A DNA stretch of 49,306 bases from a virus. A program made the translations under genes and the position numbers. Where the stretch lies: the IMG/VR virus record IMGVR_UViG_2654587756_000001. The stretch is one strand, 5' to 3'. The notes beneath the pieces are model-generated. The model was not told where the DNA came from, searched no databases, and worked only from the letters and a program-made list of their open reading frames with translations. Below, one piece after another: positions 19,791 to 30,672 of this stretch (positions are counted from its first letter, which is position 1; each line of letters begins with the position of its first letter).

Positions 19791-19934
19791 ATGAGTATTG
19801 CAAGTAATGTTATAGAAGAGAATAACAGATTAACACTGGCTAGGTCATTATTAAGGGAAAAATTAACTCTCAATAATATTCATTATGAAGATTCAGATAC
19901 AATTTTTGAATTAATAGCCAGATGGCCAAAATAG
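19791..19934 (+). CDS. Small helical protein (47 aa, not in ORF track), similar to N-terminus of 18675
   Basis: LLREKLTLNNIHYEDSDTIFELIARWP vs ELQSILTKEGIDYTSSEGIIPLIRKLP; GAGGTGA RBS. Confidence 0.6.
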   Translation: MSIASNVIEENNRLTLARSLLREKLTLNNIHYEDSDTIFELIARWPK

Positions 19935-19937
19935 TTT

Positions 19938-20993
<1,056 letters not shown>

Positions 20994-21001
20994 GTGATAG
21001 T

Positions 21002-21265
21002 ATGGAATTATCGGATGAAATGTTAACAGAAATTAGCTATGTGCAAATCTCAAAATATAGGGAAAAAGTGATGAAATCCCTGAATGGGAAAGTATTGATG
21101 CCTTCCCAAATAGCTAAAAATTCAGGAATTAGAACAAACCATATTTCAAAAGTATTATCTGAACTGAAAGCACATGAATTAGTCGAATGTATTAATCCAG
21201 AAGTTAGAAAGGGCAGGTTATACAGATTAACTGATAAGGGGGATGAATTAGTTAAAAATATCTAA
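21002..21265 (+). CDS. Winged-helix transcription regulator
   Basis: MPSQIAKNSGIRTNHISKVLSEL...KGRLYRLTDKG. Confidence 0.85.
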   Translation: MELSDEMLTEISYVQISKYREKVMKSLNGKVLMPSQIAKNSGIRTNHISKVLSELKAHELVECINPEVRKGRLYRLTDKGDELVKNI

Positions 21266-21415
21266 TAATTTTTAGTTGTTCTACTATTTATAATCATGTT
21301 TTGATTAAAATTGTACAGATATTTTAATTAATATTCATATTCTTGTTAATAACAGATTTTACATGATGCTACATATAATTATTCTTAAAAATTTACAGAA
21401 CTAAAATAAAGTTAA

Positions 21416-22969
21416 TCATAAAAATACCTTTTTAATAGTACTTAATGATGTATAATCAGATTCATATAACATTTTTTCAAAGGTTTTATCCAATATCAAT
21501 TCTTTAAAAAGTTCTGAAGTTTTATTATCATGTATATCATTATAATGATATGCACAACTTAAAATCAATAAATTGGAGTAATGCACATAAAATTTATTTC
21601 TGTAACTTGTAATTGATTCAAACCATTCTGAATTCAAATATTTAATGGATTTCAATGTTTTATTAATTTCAGTTAATAGTTTAGTTTTATCCATACAATC
21701 TAAATAATATAATAAAATAAAATTGCTTAAATTTGTTAAAGCATAATTTAAAAAGATACATGTTTTATCATTATTTAAAAGATTATCTAAATGTTCTCTA
21801 CGATTTACAAAACATATTTTTAATAATTCAAAATATCTATCTTCATCACGGTTATAATTTTCCAAAAGTTTTCGTCTATAATCATTTTCTTGAGAAAAAT
21901 ACGAAATCTCAAATTGATTAATAATAAATGCCATATCAATTTCAACGTCCTCTTTAATTAATAAACCTATACTTTCATTAAATAACATATTTCTATCAAA
22001 AATTTGTATTAATTTCTTAAATAACTCACTATCCTGTTTATATGCATGAGATAATATATTTTTAACTAGATTTCTATTTTTAGACATTTTATCATATTCT
22101 TTATCTAAAATTTTTTTCAAAGAAGGAAATACAATGAACTCATTATTGATAGTGTTATTTTGTAAAATCATTAAAAGTTCTTCAATAGTGCATGATTTAA
22201 TGAATAATATACTTGAAAATAAATTAGTTGATTCCATCATTGTTTTTACAAATAAATCAAAATCTAAATTTTTAAAAAATAAAATTAAACTGAATAGTTC
22301 ATTTGTAAAAACTAATTTTGAATTTATGGTGAAATAAGTTGTTTCATCCATGTTAATTAATCTTAATAGAGATGTATCAGATTCTGTCTCGTAAGTATTT
22401 ATAGTTTTAATAATTTTAATATAGAATTCAAAACTTCTATTATTTTTTATATCCAAAGTTGGAACATTTAAAGATTTGAAAAAATCGGCTAAGCTCTTTG
22501 AAAAATCTTTGAACTGTTCATTTAGGTTATGGATTTTAACTAATTCAGCAATATCTAATTTTAGAAAATGAAGATTAACATGGAAAAATATTAAAAAAGA
22601 ACCAATGTCAGTATAGTTCATACTATATTTAAAAAATGGAAGAATTGTTTTATAGACACTCAATTGAAATTCTTCATTGTAAATGGATTCTGATTTGTTG
22701 TTTTCATAAATTATTTTATCAATTTTATCTAAAATAGATCCAATCCTTAATGATTGATTATTAAATGGAAATTCAAAATAACTCCATTCTTTAGTAGAAA
22801 ATTTTAATAATTCATGGAAAAGATAATCCAAGTCTTTATTAAGTTTAATTTCATCTAAATCAATGTTTTTTATATTTATCATTTTTTCACCATTTAAGTT
22901 GAAGTTATTGTTGATTCTCTGGCCATATTTTATATTCTGGTTCATCAAATTCTGACCATATTTCTTCAA
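21416..22969 (-). CDS. Hypothetical alpha-helical cargo protein
   Basis: 517 aa, AT-rich, overlaps the upstream PLD-like gene. Confidence 0.7.
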   Translation of the reverse strand: MKKYGQNLMNQNIKYGQRINNNFNLNGEKMINIKNIDLDEIKLNKDLDYLFHELLKFSTKEWSYFEFPFNNQSLRIGSILDKIDKIIYENNKSESIYNEEFQLSVYKTILPFFKYSMNYTDIGSFLIFFHVNLHFLKLDIAELVKIHNLNEQFKDFSKSLADFFKSLNVPTLDIKNNRSFEFYIKIIKTINTYETESDTSLLRLINMDETTYFTINSKLVFTNELFSLILFFKNLDFDLFVKTMMESTNLFSSILFIKSCTIEELLMILQNNTINNEFIVFPSLKKILDKEYDKMSKNRNLVKNILSHAYKQDSELFKKLIQIFDRNMLFNESIGLLIKEDVEIDMAFIINQFEISYFSQENDYRRKLLENYNRDEDRYFELLKICFVNRREHLDNLLNNDKTCIFLNYALTNLSNFILLYYLDCMDKTKLLTEINKTLKSIKYLNSEWFESITSYRNKFYVHYSNLLILSCAYHYNDIHDNKTSELFKELILDKTFEKMLYESDYTSLSTIKKVFL

Positions 22970-24380
22970 ATAACTCCAAAATTTTATTCCCGTTTGTTGC
23001 TTCTTGAATTATGTGTATATTTTTATCAATACTATTTAAAGATGTCCCTAACGAATATGCTTTAAGATTAGAATTTGATTGTCCAGCATTTGGAAAAATT
23101 AAAAATCGATCATGTAATTTTTCAGAATAATCTGTAATTATAAATTCCATATTATATTTAAAATTATTTCTGTGTAAAATTATATTGTTTCTATTAATTT
23201 CCATAAATTCTTCCATACCTGAACTAAAATTACTTAAAACTTTTTTAGAAGTCATTGCTTTAATTTTAACATTGGCAAGATTTAATGGACTAAATAAGCT
23301 TAATAATTCTTTATAAGATAAGTAAGGATCAATAATAAAAACTTCTTTTTGACCATATTTTTTAATTAATTCTTGTAGGAATGCCATGCTACTTTTCTGT
23401 TTATTAGTAGACAATAAACTGCTCTTATTTTCTTGTGAATTCAATTGATTTTCAGTTATAGTGCTGTTAATTATATCTACATAATTTTTTGGTTTTTCTT
23501 TAATTAAATCAGTTTTATCTTTTTCACCAATAATAACCTTAATTTTTCGTATAAACCTTGGGCAGCAACTATAAACCAATAAATTAGGATTTCTTCTCCA
23601 AATTAATGAATTGCTTAATTTATCCAATGGGCCAGTATCAATAAATTGTGTTTCACTACCATCATAGTCAACAATAGTATTACTTAAAAAATTATGTTCT
23701 ATTTTAATAGTATTTGTTATACTGCATTCAGGAATAGTATCTAACTTATTATTCCAATAAAAATCAATGTAAAAACCATCAAAAGTATCATTTGCATGAT
23801 AATTTAAATTTAAAATAGTAATTGGCAATTGAAAAACATAATTACCAAATCTATCATCATTTAATGAAAAATCCAAAGGTAAAACTTCTAGGATTCTATC
23901 AACTAGTTTTTCATGTTTTTCAGAATCATTTTTAAAATAATCAAAATTAGCCTTGTCCTCTTCAAAGAATTCATAAATATAAGAACCTGAAAAAAAGTTA
24001 TTTTTTAAAAGAGTATTTAATCTATTTCCCTCATCAGGAGAAATATATTGTTTTGAAAGCAATTTCAATGAAGAACCTTTTAGAACTATATAATCTTCTT
24101 CAAATTCACTATGGACTAATTTACTAAAAATATCAAGAGATTGTTTTAAGGAAAAATAATGTTTATCAAAGCATAAAGTAAAGTCATCATCTATTCGTTT
24201 ACGACCTCCATGTTCTTTATCTAATTCAATATATTCTTTTTCTTCAAAAGTAAAAATGGTATATACATTAATATACTTTTGAGGATTTTCTCGTTTATCA
24301 ATTAAATATATTTGAACGGCTTCACAACTATTGTAAAATCCTAAAACTCCAGGTTTCAATAATTCTTCAATCGGCAACAT
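22905..24380 (-). CDS. Protein with C-terminal PLD-like nuclease domain (resembles VPA1262-type proteins, from memory)
   Basis: VFIIDPYL...LHDRFLIF...AYSLGTSLN motifs. Confidence 0.6.
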   Translation of the reverse strand: MLPIEELLKPGVLGFYNSCEAVQIYLIDKRENPQKYINVYTIFTFEEKEYIELDKEHGGRKRIDDDFTLCFDKHYFSLKQSLDIFSKLVHSEFEEDYIVLKGSSLKLLSKQYISPDEGNRLNTLLKNNFFSGSYIYEFFEEDKANFDYFKNDSEKHEKLVDRILEVLPLDFSLNDDRFGNYVFQLPITILNLNYHANDTFDGFYIDFYWNNKLDTIPECSITNTIKIEHNFLSNTIVDYDGSETQFIDTGPLDKLSNSLIWRRNPNLLVYSCCPRFIRKIKVIIGEKDKTDLIKEKPKNYVDIINSTITENQLNSQENKSSLLSTNKQKSSMAFLQELIKKYGQKEVFIIDPYLSYKELLSLFSPLNLANVKIKAMTSKKVLSNFSSGMEEFMEINRNNIILHRNNFKYNMEFIITDYSEKLHDRFLIFPNAGQSNSNLKAYSLGTSLNSIDKNIHIIQEATNGNKILELFEEIWSEFDEPEYKIWPENQQ

Positions 24381-24493
24381 TTTTTCACGACCTTTTAAGT
24401 ATCAAGTTTATCTTAGGTATCTGTTAATTGAGATATTTTTTTATGAAAAGTTGAGAAAAATATTTTCAAAATGTTTTAAGTAGGAGGTAATGT

Positions 24494-25363
24494 TTAATCA
24501 TGATTAATTAAATTTACAAATTCAAGTTCTTCATAGATGTCATCAATTAAAAATTCTTCTAAAATATTTTTAACTTCAATATTGTTTTCAATATCAGTGT
24601 AAAAGTTTGCATTGAATTTTGTTTTGTTTTTTAATTCTTTATTGTAATATTTTTGGAATAAGGGTTTTATTTCATCTTTATTTTTATTATCTATCTCATT
24701 CACTAATTCTTTATTTTGCAGGAGATTATCTTTTAGTTTTTGCAATAACTTTAACTCATATTTTCCATATGATGTTTCAAATTTTGTGTTGATAATGTGG
24801 ATGAGATTTATCATTTTCTTTTTTTCTTCTTCTTTTAGTTCTAACCATCTTTCATATTTTTTTTCTACTCTTGAATATAATCTATCTGGTGAAATTAATG
24901 TTCTTTTTACAAAATCACAATTAACACACTTCCAAGTATACCACATATCATGTTTTGTGAATTCTAATTTGGTTCCGCAGTTATTACATTTTGGTTCATC
25001 TGAAACATTTAAATGATTTTTTATAATTGAAATGGATTTTCCACGATAATCTCTTGGAATTTGAATCGTCCAATATATGTCTTTATAGACTATATGGCCA
25101 CAATTAATGTATTTAGTCATATAATCAGGTAAATAATATTCAATACCTTCTTCCATTTTTGCCTTTATTAAAATGCGTATTATCCAAAATATTAATGGTA
25201 CAAATAGTAGTAGATAAATGTAAAATGGAAGTTCATATATTGTTTTTAATGACGTGTTTGTTATATAAGAATAAATTGAAGGTATTGCTATTGGTAACAA
25301 TAAATTTATTATTCCAGATATAATATTTTCGTATGCTTTTTCTATTATTAATTTTCTATCCAT
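24494..25363 (-). CDS. Two-TM plus Zn-ribbon protein
   Basis: Two hydrophobic helices; PKCNNCG...WKCVNC. Confidence 0.65.
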   Translation of the reverse strand: MDRKLIIEKAYENIISGIINLLLPIAIPSIYSYITNTSLKTIYELPFYIYLLLFVPLIFWIIRILIKAKMEEGIEYYLPDYMTKYINCGHIVYKDIYWTIQIPRDYRGKSISIIKNHLNVSDEPKCNNCGTKLEFTKHDMWYTWKCVNCDFVKRTLISPDRLYSRVEKKYERWLELKEEEKKKMINLIHIINTKFETSYGKYELKLLQKLKDNLLQNKELVNEIDNKNKDEIKPLFQKYYNKELKNKTKFNANFYTDIENNIEVKNILEEFLIDDIYEELEFVNLINHD

Positions 25364-25364
25364 T

Positions 25365-25565
25365 TTAACCTCTTATTATATTTAATTCTAGTCTTTCTGT
25401 TTCAGTATCAAGTATCCACTCTAAAGTATCTCCAGATTCTATTTTCAAAGCCTTTACATAGGTTTTCGGTATTGTTGTAATCAAGGAAATTTCACCTTGG
25501 TTTCTCACTTTTGTCTCTTCATTGATTTTCATAGTCAATATTATATTCTTTATCTTAAATAACAT
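25365..25565 (-). CDS. AbrB/MazE/SpoVT-type DNA-binding protein
   Basis: SLITTIPKTYVKALKIESGDTLEW; divergent from the MTase. Confidence 0.8.
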   Translation of the reverse strand: MLFKIKNIILTMKINEETKVRNQGEISLITTIPKTYVKALKIESGDTLEWILDTETERLELNIIRG

Positions 25566-25658
25566 TTTTGATTTGTTTTAATAGTTGAAAAAGTAACATT
25601 TAAATATCATTGGGTAGATATTATATACTAGTTAATACAAAATATAATTTGCATAGAT

Positions 25659-26669
25659 GTGATAACCATGATAAAAGTTGTAGAATTATGTGCAGGTGCA
25701 GGCGGATTGGCACTCGGATTTGAAAAAGCAGGTCTGGAACACGAACTGCTTGTGGAAATAGACAAGGATTGTGTGGCAACACTCCACAAAAACAGGCCGG
25801 ACTGGAATGTGCTTCATGCAGACATAAAAGAGGTTGACTTTACTCAATATCATCCGGATATAGTAGTGGCAGGACTTCCATGCCAGCCATTTTCATATGC
25901 AGGTAAAAAGTTAGGATTCGATGATACAAGAGGAACATTATTCTTTGATTTTGCAAGATGCATAAAAGAAACCAATCCGAAAATGTGCATAATCGAAAAT
26001 GTGGAAGGTTTAGTCAGGCATGACAAAGGACGAACCATGGACACCATTGTAAATGTATTGGAAAACGAACTTGGATATGATGTCCAATACAAAGTCCTAA
26101 ATGCCGTAGACTATGGAGTAGCACAAAAAAGAAAAAGAATGTTTCTTGTCGGAACCAAAAAAGGACTGATATTCAACTATCCAAAAAAAGTCAAAGGAAA
26201 TCCAGTGCTGCGCGATGCCCTAAAAGATGTTCCCGAATCTGAAGGAACAGAATACTCCGATAAGAAAAAGGAAGTGCTTGAACTCGTTCCGCCAGGAGGA
26301 TGCTGGATAGATCTTCCAGAAGAAGTTCAAAAGGAATACATGGGCAAAAGCTTTTATTCCGGTGGTGGAAAACGGGGAATGGCAAGAAGAATATCATGGG
26401 ACGAGCCATGCCTGACACTGACAACTTCACCCTGCCAAAAGCAAACTGAAAGATGCCATCCTGATGAGGTAAGGCCATTTACAGTACGGGAATATGCAAG
26501 AATACAGTCATTTCCAGATGAATGGGAGTTTGAAGGTGGAATAACTTCAAAGTATAAACAAATAGGCAATGCGGTTCCTGTAAGGGTTGCTGAAGCTGTT
26601 GGGCGTGAAGTGATTAAAGCATTAACTGGAAAAAATAAAAGAAAAGAAGGTCAGACAACTTTGTTTTAA
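25659..26669 (+). CDS. DNA cytosine-5 methyltransferase, M.Eco47II/M.Sau96I-like (probably GGNCC or GGWCC)
   Basis: Motif I ELCAGAGG, IV GLPCQPFS, VI ENVEG, VIII QKRKR, X IGNAVP; TRD GGCW...SGGGKRG...KQTERCHP typical of that family. Confidence 0.93.
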   Translation: MITMIKVVELCAGAGGLALGFEKAGLEHELLVEIDKDCVATLHKNRPDWNVLHADIKEVDFTQYHPDIVVAGLPCQPFSYAGKKLGFDDTRGTLFFDFARCIKETNPKMCIIENVEGLVRHDKGRTMDTIVNVLENELGYDVQYKVLNAVDYGVAQKRKRMFLVGTKKGLIFNYPKKVKGNPVLRDALKDVPESEGTEYSDKKKEVLELVPPGGCWIDLPEEVQKEYMGKSFYSGGGKRGMARRISWDEPCLTLTTSPCQKQTERCHPDEVRPFTVREYARIQSFPDEWEFEGGITSKYKQIGNAVPVRVAEAVGREVIKALTGKNKRKEGQTTLF

Positions 26670-27379
26670 TCATCAAAGATATGGTCTTCATATTCTTTAA
26701 TTATCTTTTTATCTTCCTTTGAAAATTCTTTCTTAGTTCCTAATATGTCATTAATTGCAATGGGGATTGCTCTGAAAGTTTTTTTCAAAGCATGAGGGTC
26801 ACCGGTAACTAATTCATATACTTTATCACAACTAATTCTTCTTATTCTTTCATTATTTTCATAATTCTTCTTTTCCCAGATTGCATCGTCTGATTTGTAA
26901 TTTTTGTGTATGATATAAGCCCAGTAAGCAGTTGCATTTTCATTTTCCTGTACAATTTTTTCAAGGTTTTCTCTCACAGTTTTTCCTGATCCACTATTTA
27001 TTGTATTATATTTATTTTTCACTTCAATGTATATGGTTCCATCATCATTTTTTAAATCAACGTGGCTATTGTCACCGGTTCCTAAATCTTGCCAACCTTC
27101 TACTCTACCTAACAATCTTTGATGGAATTCACCCATTTTGTTTTCAATGCTTTTACCATTTTGTCTTATTCGTTCTGCTTTAACCCATTCTTCAAAGCTA
27201 ATATCATTCACACATAAATCAAACATTATCTTAAATTCATCAAGTCCATATTTAGATTTTTTTAGTAAGTCTATTGCTGATGGTATTTCTTGAGCATCAT
27301 TTGGATAAGAATCCATAACTCTTTTAACTTCTTCAAGAAACACATCATCTGAAACAAAATCAACATATTTATTTGTCAT
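26666..27379 (-). CDS. Eco47II-family restriction endonuclease, paralogue 2
   Basis: RQNGKSIENKMGEFHQ, VDL...YIEVKNKYNTINS. Confidence 0.85.
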   Translation of the reverse strand: MTNKYVDFVSDDVFLEEVKRVMDSYPNDAQEIPSAIDLLKKSKYGLDEFKIMFDLCVNDISFEEWVKAERIRQNGKSIENKMGEFHQRLLGRVEGWQDLGTGDNSHVDLKNDDGTIYIEVKNKYNTINSGSGKTVRENLEKIVQENENATAYWAYIIHKNYKSDDAIWEKKNYENNERIRRISCDKVYELVTGDPHALKKTFRAIPIAINDILGTKKEFSKEDKKIIKEYEDHIFDD

Positions 27380-28093
27380 TTAATCATCCTCATTTTTGAA
27401 TATTATATTGTTGTATTCCATTTTAAGTTTTTCATCATCTTTGCTTAGTCTGTAATCTTCGCTCAATATTTCAACTATCGCTTTTGGTATTGCATCAAAT
27501 GTTTTTTCAAGTGCTTGAGAATCTCCAGTTATCATTGCATATAGTCTATCTCCACTTATTCTTTTTATTCTTTCATCTTCTCTTTGTTGATATTTCCAAA
27601 CTCTACATTCTGATTTGTAATTCTTGCTTATAACATATGCCCAGTATGCAGTAGCATCAGGATATTTTTCTATAACCTTTTCAAGTTTTTCACGACATGT
27701 CTTTTCAGATGAAGAGTTCATGGTATTGTATTTGTTTTTCAGTTCAATGAATACTGTGTTGTCTTCTTTTTTAAGATCAATTTCTGTTTCATCACCAACA
27801 CCTAAATCCACCCATCCATTGACTTTTCCTAAAAGTTCCTGATGAAATTCTCCAATCTTATTGTTGATAGTTTTGTCTTGCTGTCTTGTCAATTCTATTT
27901 TTGACCATTCATCAAAGCTAATCTGGTTTACACAAACATCAAAAATAGTTTTGAATTCATCAATGGTGTTTTTGCTTTCGGTCAATATTGATGTGGGAGT
28001 TATATTTTCATCTAGGGTTTGATATGAGTCTACAACTTTTCTGACACATTCTAGAAAGTCTTCATCTGAAACAAATTCAACGTATTTGTGCAT
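27380..28093 (-). CDS. Eco47II-family restriction endonuclease, paralogue 1
   Basis: RQQDKTINNKIGEFHQ, IDL...FIELKNKYNTMNSSS. Confidence 0.88.
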   Translation of the reverse strand: MHKYVEFVSDEDFLECVRKVVDSYQTLDENITPTSILTESKNTIDEFKTIFDVCVNQISFDEWSKIELTRQQDKTINNKIGEFHQELLGKVNGWVDLGVGDETEIDLKKEDNTVFIELKNKYNTMNSSSEKTCREKLEKVIEKYPDATAYWAYVISKNYKSECRVWKYQQREDERIKRISGDRLYAMITGDSQALEKTFDAIPKAIVEILSEDYRLSKDDEKLKMEYNNIIFKNEDD

Positions 28094-28420
28094 TTTTCCA
28101 CCTTGGATAAATAATTAAGTTATATTTCTGTTATTCTTATTTTATAGTATTTTTGTTATAAAAATAGTATGGAATTATATCCAAAAAATTTAATAAATTA
28201 ATGTTATTTGAATCATGAGAGTATATTCTTACAAATATTAAAAGTGGGTTTAATAAGGGATACTAATTTTATTGGGGATTAGTTTTCAAATGCTCTCTAG
28301 GAAAAAACACTATTATTAATAGGTATATAAATTTATATAATCATTTAAAATGTTACATTTAATATATATGAAGAATAATATAGTAACATCTTTAAATTAA
28401 TTAATGGATGTTCGTAAATT

Positions 28421-28864
28421 ATGAGTTTTAAGTTGTCTGCTAAAGATTTCGTATTGTTACTATTGAATTCAGATAATCAAAAACCTATTAAAGGTAATTT
28501 ATTTATTCAAAAAGAAATGTTTTTAATAGTTGAAGAAGTTTGGCCTGAATTAAAAGAAGAATTACAATTTAAAGCTTATGATTATGGACCATACAGTCAT
28601 GTTTTAGTTAATATCTTAAAGGAATTGTGCAAAGATTTTTTAGTTAATTTTGAAGATTCTGAAGGTAATATATATTCAATTACTAAACAAGGTCAAATGT
28701 ATTTAGAAGATATTGAATTTCCTGAGGGTATTGAAAAAAAAGTTAATAATCTTAAGGTTGGATCTAATAAATTAGGATATAAAGGATTATTACGTTATGT
28801 TTATTTTAGTTATCCTGAATTCACTATAAATTCTAAAATTAAAGATGAAGTTTTGGGAGAATAA
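28421..28864 (+). CDS. Panacea/SocA (DUF4065)- or YwgA-like winged-helix protein
   Basis: IKGNLFIQKEMFL...FKAYDYGPYS...YSITKQG. Confidence 0.6.
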   Translation: MSFKLSAKDFVLLLLNSDNQKPIKGNLFIQKEMFLIVEEVWPELKEELQFKAYDYGPYSHVLVNILKELCKDFLVNFEDSEGNIYSITKQGQMYLEDIEFPEGIEKKVNNLKVGSNKLGYKGLLRYVYFSYPEFTINSKIKDEVLGE

Positions 28865-28866
28865 TA

Positions 28867-29502
28867 ATGGGGTTTGATTTTGGATCTATTGTTGAATTGT
28901 TAGGCATTATATTTTCTTCCGTGCTTCCATTTGTATTAAAAAATAATCTTTGGGATGATAATGTTCCAAAGACTATTGAAGAATTTAATGAAAAATATGA
29001 AGATAAAATTAAAAGCATATTGAAAGATAATCTTTTTGAGTCTTCAAATGTTTTAGGAAATATTATAGATAATAGGTTAGATCCTAAAATTGATTTTTCA
29101 GGAGATAAAGAAAAATCTGCCCAATATACTAAAATTATTGCACAACATGAGCCTTTTTTCATTAATATTAAAAAACATATTGAAATTGAGAATATGGTTA
29201 ATGATGTTGAAGAAACTTATTTTAATTTAAATAATATTATTCCGGATATTAATAATTTATCTGGGGCAATTGTAATTTTAGGAATCATTGCAATATTATG
29301 CATATTATTTTTTAATAATGTTCCAATCATTGTTTATATATTATGTATTTTATATTCATCAATTGTTTGTTGTATTTTTAGAGTTGCTAGATTATATTTT
29401 AAATTTAAAGTGTTTATAAAAAAAATCATATCTCATAAAAATTGGATTTTAGAACATTCTAAATCAATTAAAAGATTAAGTGATGATTATTATGAAAATT
29501 AA
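28867..29502 (+). CDS. Membrane protein (two C-terminal TM helices)
   Basis: Hydrophobic AIVILGIIAILCILFF and IIVYILCILYSSIVCCIF. Confidence 0.7.
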   Translation: MGFDFGSIVELLGIIFSSVLPFVLKNNLWDDNVPKTIEEFNEKYEDKIKSILKDNLFESSNVLGNIIDNRLDPKIDFSGDKEKSAQYTKIIAQHEPFFINIKKHIEIENMVNDVEETYFNLNNIIPDINNLSGAIVILGIIAILCILFFNNVPIIVYILCILYSSIVCCIFRVARLYFKFKVFIKKIISHKNWILEHSKSIKRLSDDYYEN

Positions 29503-30655
29503 AAGTATTAAAGTTGATAATGTTGATAATAGTTCACGAGCTATTACTATAAAAACTTCCGAAAAAAATATTGAAACTCCTAATAGATGCATTGTTACCT
29601 CTGAAATTAATAAAATTAAAGGCATGAGAATTAGAGCTGATGCTCCTCCTGGACCATTAGATGTTGTTAATGAAGATTTCCCATGGCAAATATATCAAGC
29701 ACCATTAGATTATGGTTCGAAAGTAAGGAAGAATATTTCTAAAATTAATGGATTGAGAAATAAGATAGGAACTGTTAGATCAACTATGAATATTCCGAAA
29801 AATATGTTGGAAGATGATGAATATAAGAATATTCTTAAATTAATTTATCCTAAAATTACTCAAAAAGACAATATCGATGCACCATTTATGACTGCTTTAA
29901 TGGAGATACAGTTAAAATCAGGTGCAGATATTATTGTTATTCCTGAACCTTATATCAATTCATCTTATGATGATTTTGTTAATAATTTAAAGAATGCTGT
30001 TAAATTTTTGGATGATTGTGATAATGAAAAACCAATTATGCCGATTATTGATATTAAGACAAATAAAGATCGTTTTGATAATAAATTAAAGTATATTTCA
30101 GAACAACATTTAAATCCTAAAAAAGATTTTGGGTTGTTAGGTATTTCGTGTAGAGTTTATGGGTCACAATTCAATTTACATACTCTTCGTAATATGTCTG
30201 ACAAATTCGAAAAATTTTGGATTCATGGATTTGGAGCTTATAGAAACCAAGCTAAAAAAACATTTTATAATCCTCATGCAGTTACAATTTGGGGCATTGA
30301 TACTGTTGGGGTAACTCCTCAAGGCAGATATATTCCTGGAGTTACAGATGTTAATAATGTTAATGAGAAAGGCGAAGTAAAATTAAGATTATATACTGAA
30401 GATTCTTGGGGGATTCATAAAGGCCTTCAAAGTTTTGTTGAAAATCATTTATGTGATTGCGATGGCTGTGATTATTTCAGAAGAACAACCAATCCCAACA
30501 ATTTGCAAAATTCTTTAGATGTTCATGAGATTATTCAATCTCATAATCAAATTGTTAATTCTAGACGAAATATTCAAGAAAATGATTATTTATCTTTAGT
30601 TAAAGAAAAAAAAGATTTTAAAGAATATTATTTAAGTTCAGTGGGAGATATTTAA
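29480..30655 (+). CDS. Divergent tRNA-guanine transglycosylase (TGT)-fold protein
   Basis: SRAITIKT...IETP, QLKSGADII, WIHGFG, WGIDT and Zn site CDCDGC...H match TGT architecture; no DSGG motif. Confidence 0.65.
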   Translation: MMIIMKIKSIKVDNVDNSSRAITIKTSEKNIETPNRCIVTSEINKIKGMRIRADAPPGPLDVVNEDFPWQIYQAPLDYGSKVRKNISKINGLRNKIGTVRSTMNIPKNMLEDDEYKNILKLIYPKITQKDNIDAPFMTALMEIQLKSGADIIVIPEPYINSSYDDFVNNLKNAVKFLDDCDNEKPIMPIIDIKTNKDRFDNKLKYISEQHLNPKKDFGLLGISCRVYGSQFNLHTLRNMSDKFEKFWIHGFGAYRNQAKKTFYNPHAVTIWGIDTVGVTPQGRYIPGVTDVNNVNEKGEVKLRLYTEDSWGIHKGLQSFVENHLCDCDGCDYFRRTTNPNNLQNSLDVHEIIQSHNQIVNSRRNIQENDYLSLVKEKKDFKEYYLSSVGDI

Positions 30656-30672
30656 GTTTTGTTTTTTCTTAT

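Noticed and set aside
29480-30655. Canonical DpdA or archaeosine DNA/tRNA modification pathway
   Set aside because: Catalytic motifs are not evident and no folE/queCDE or dpd partner genes are in the window.
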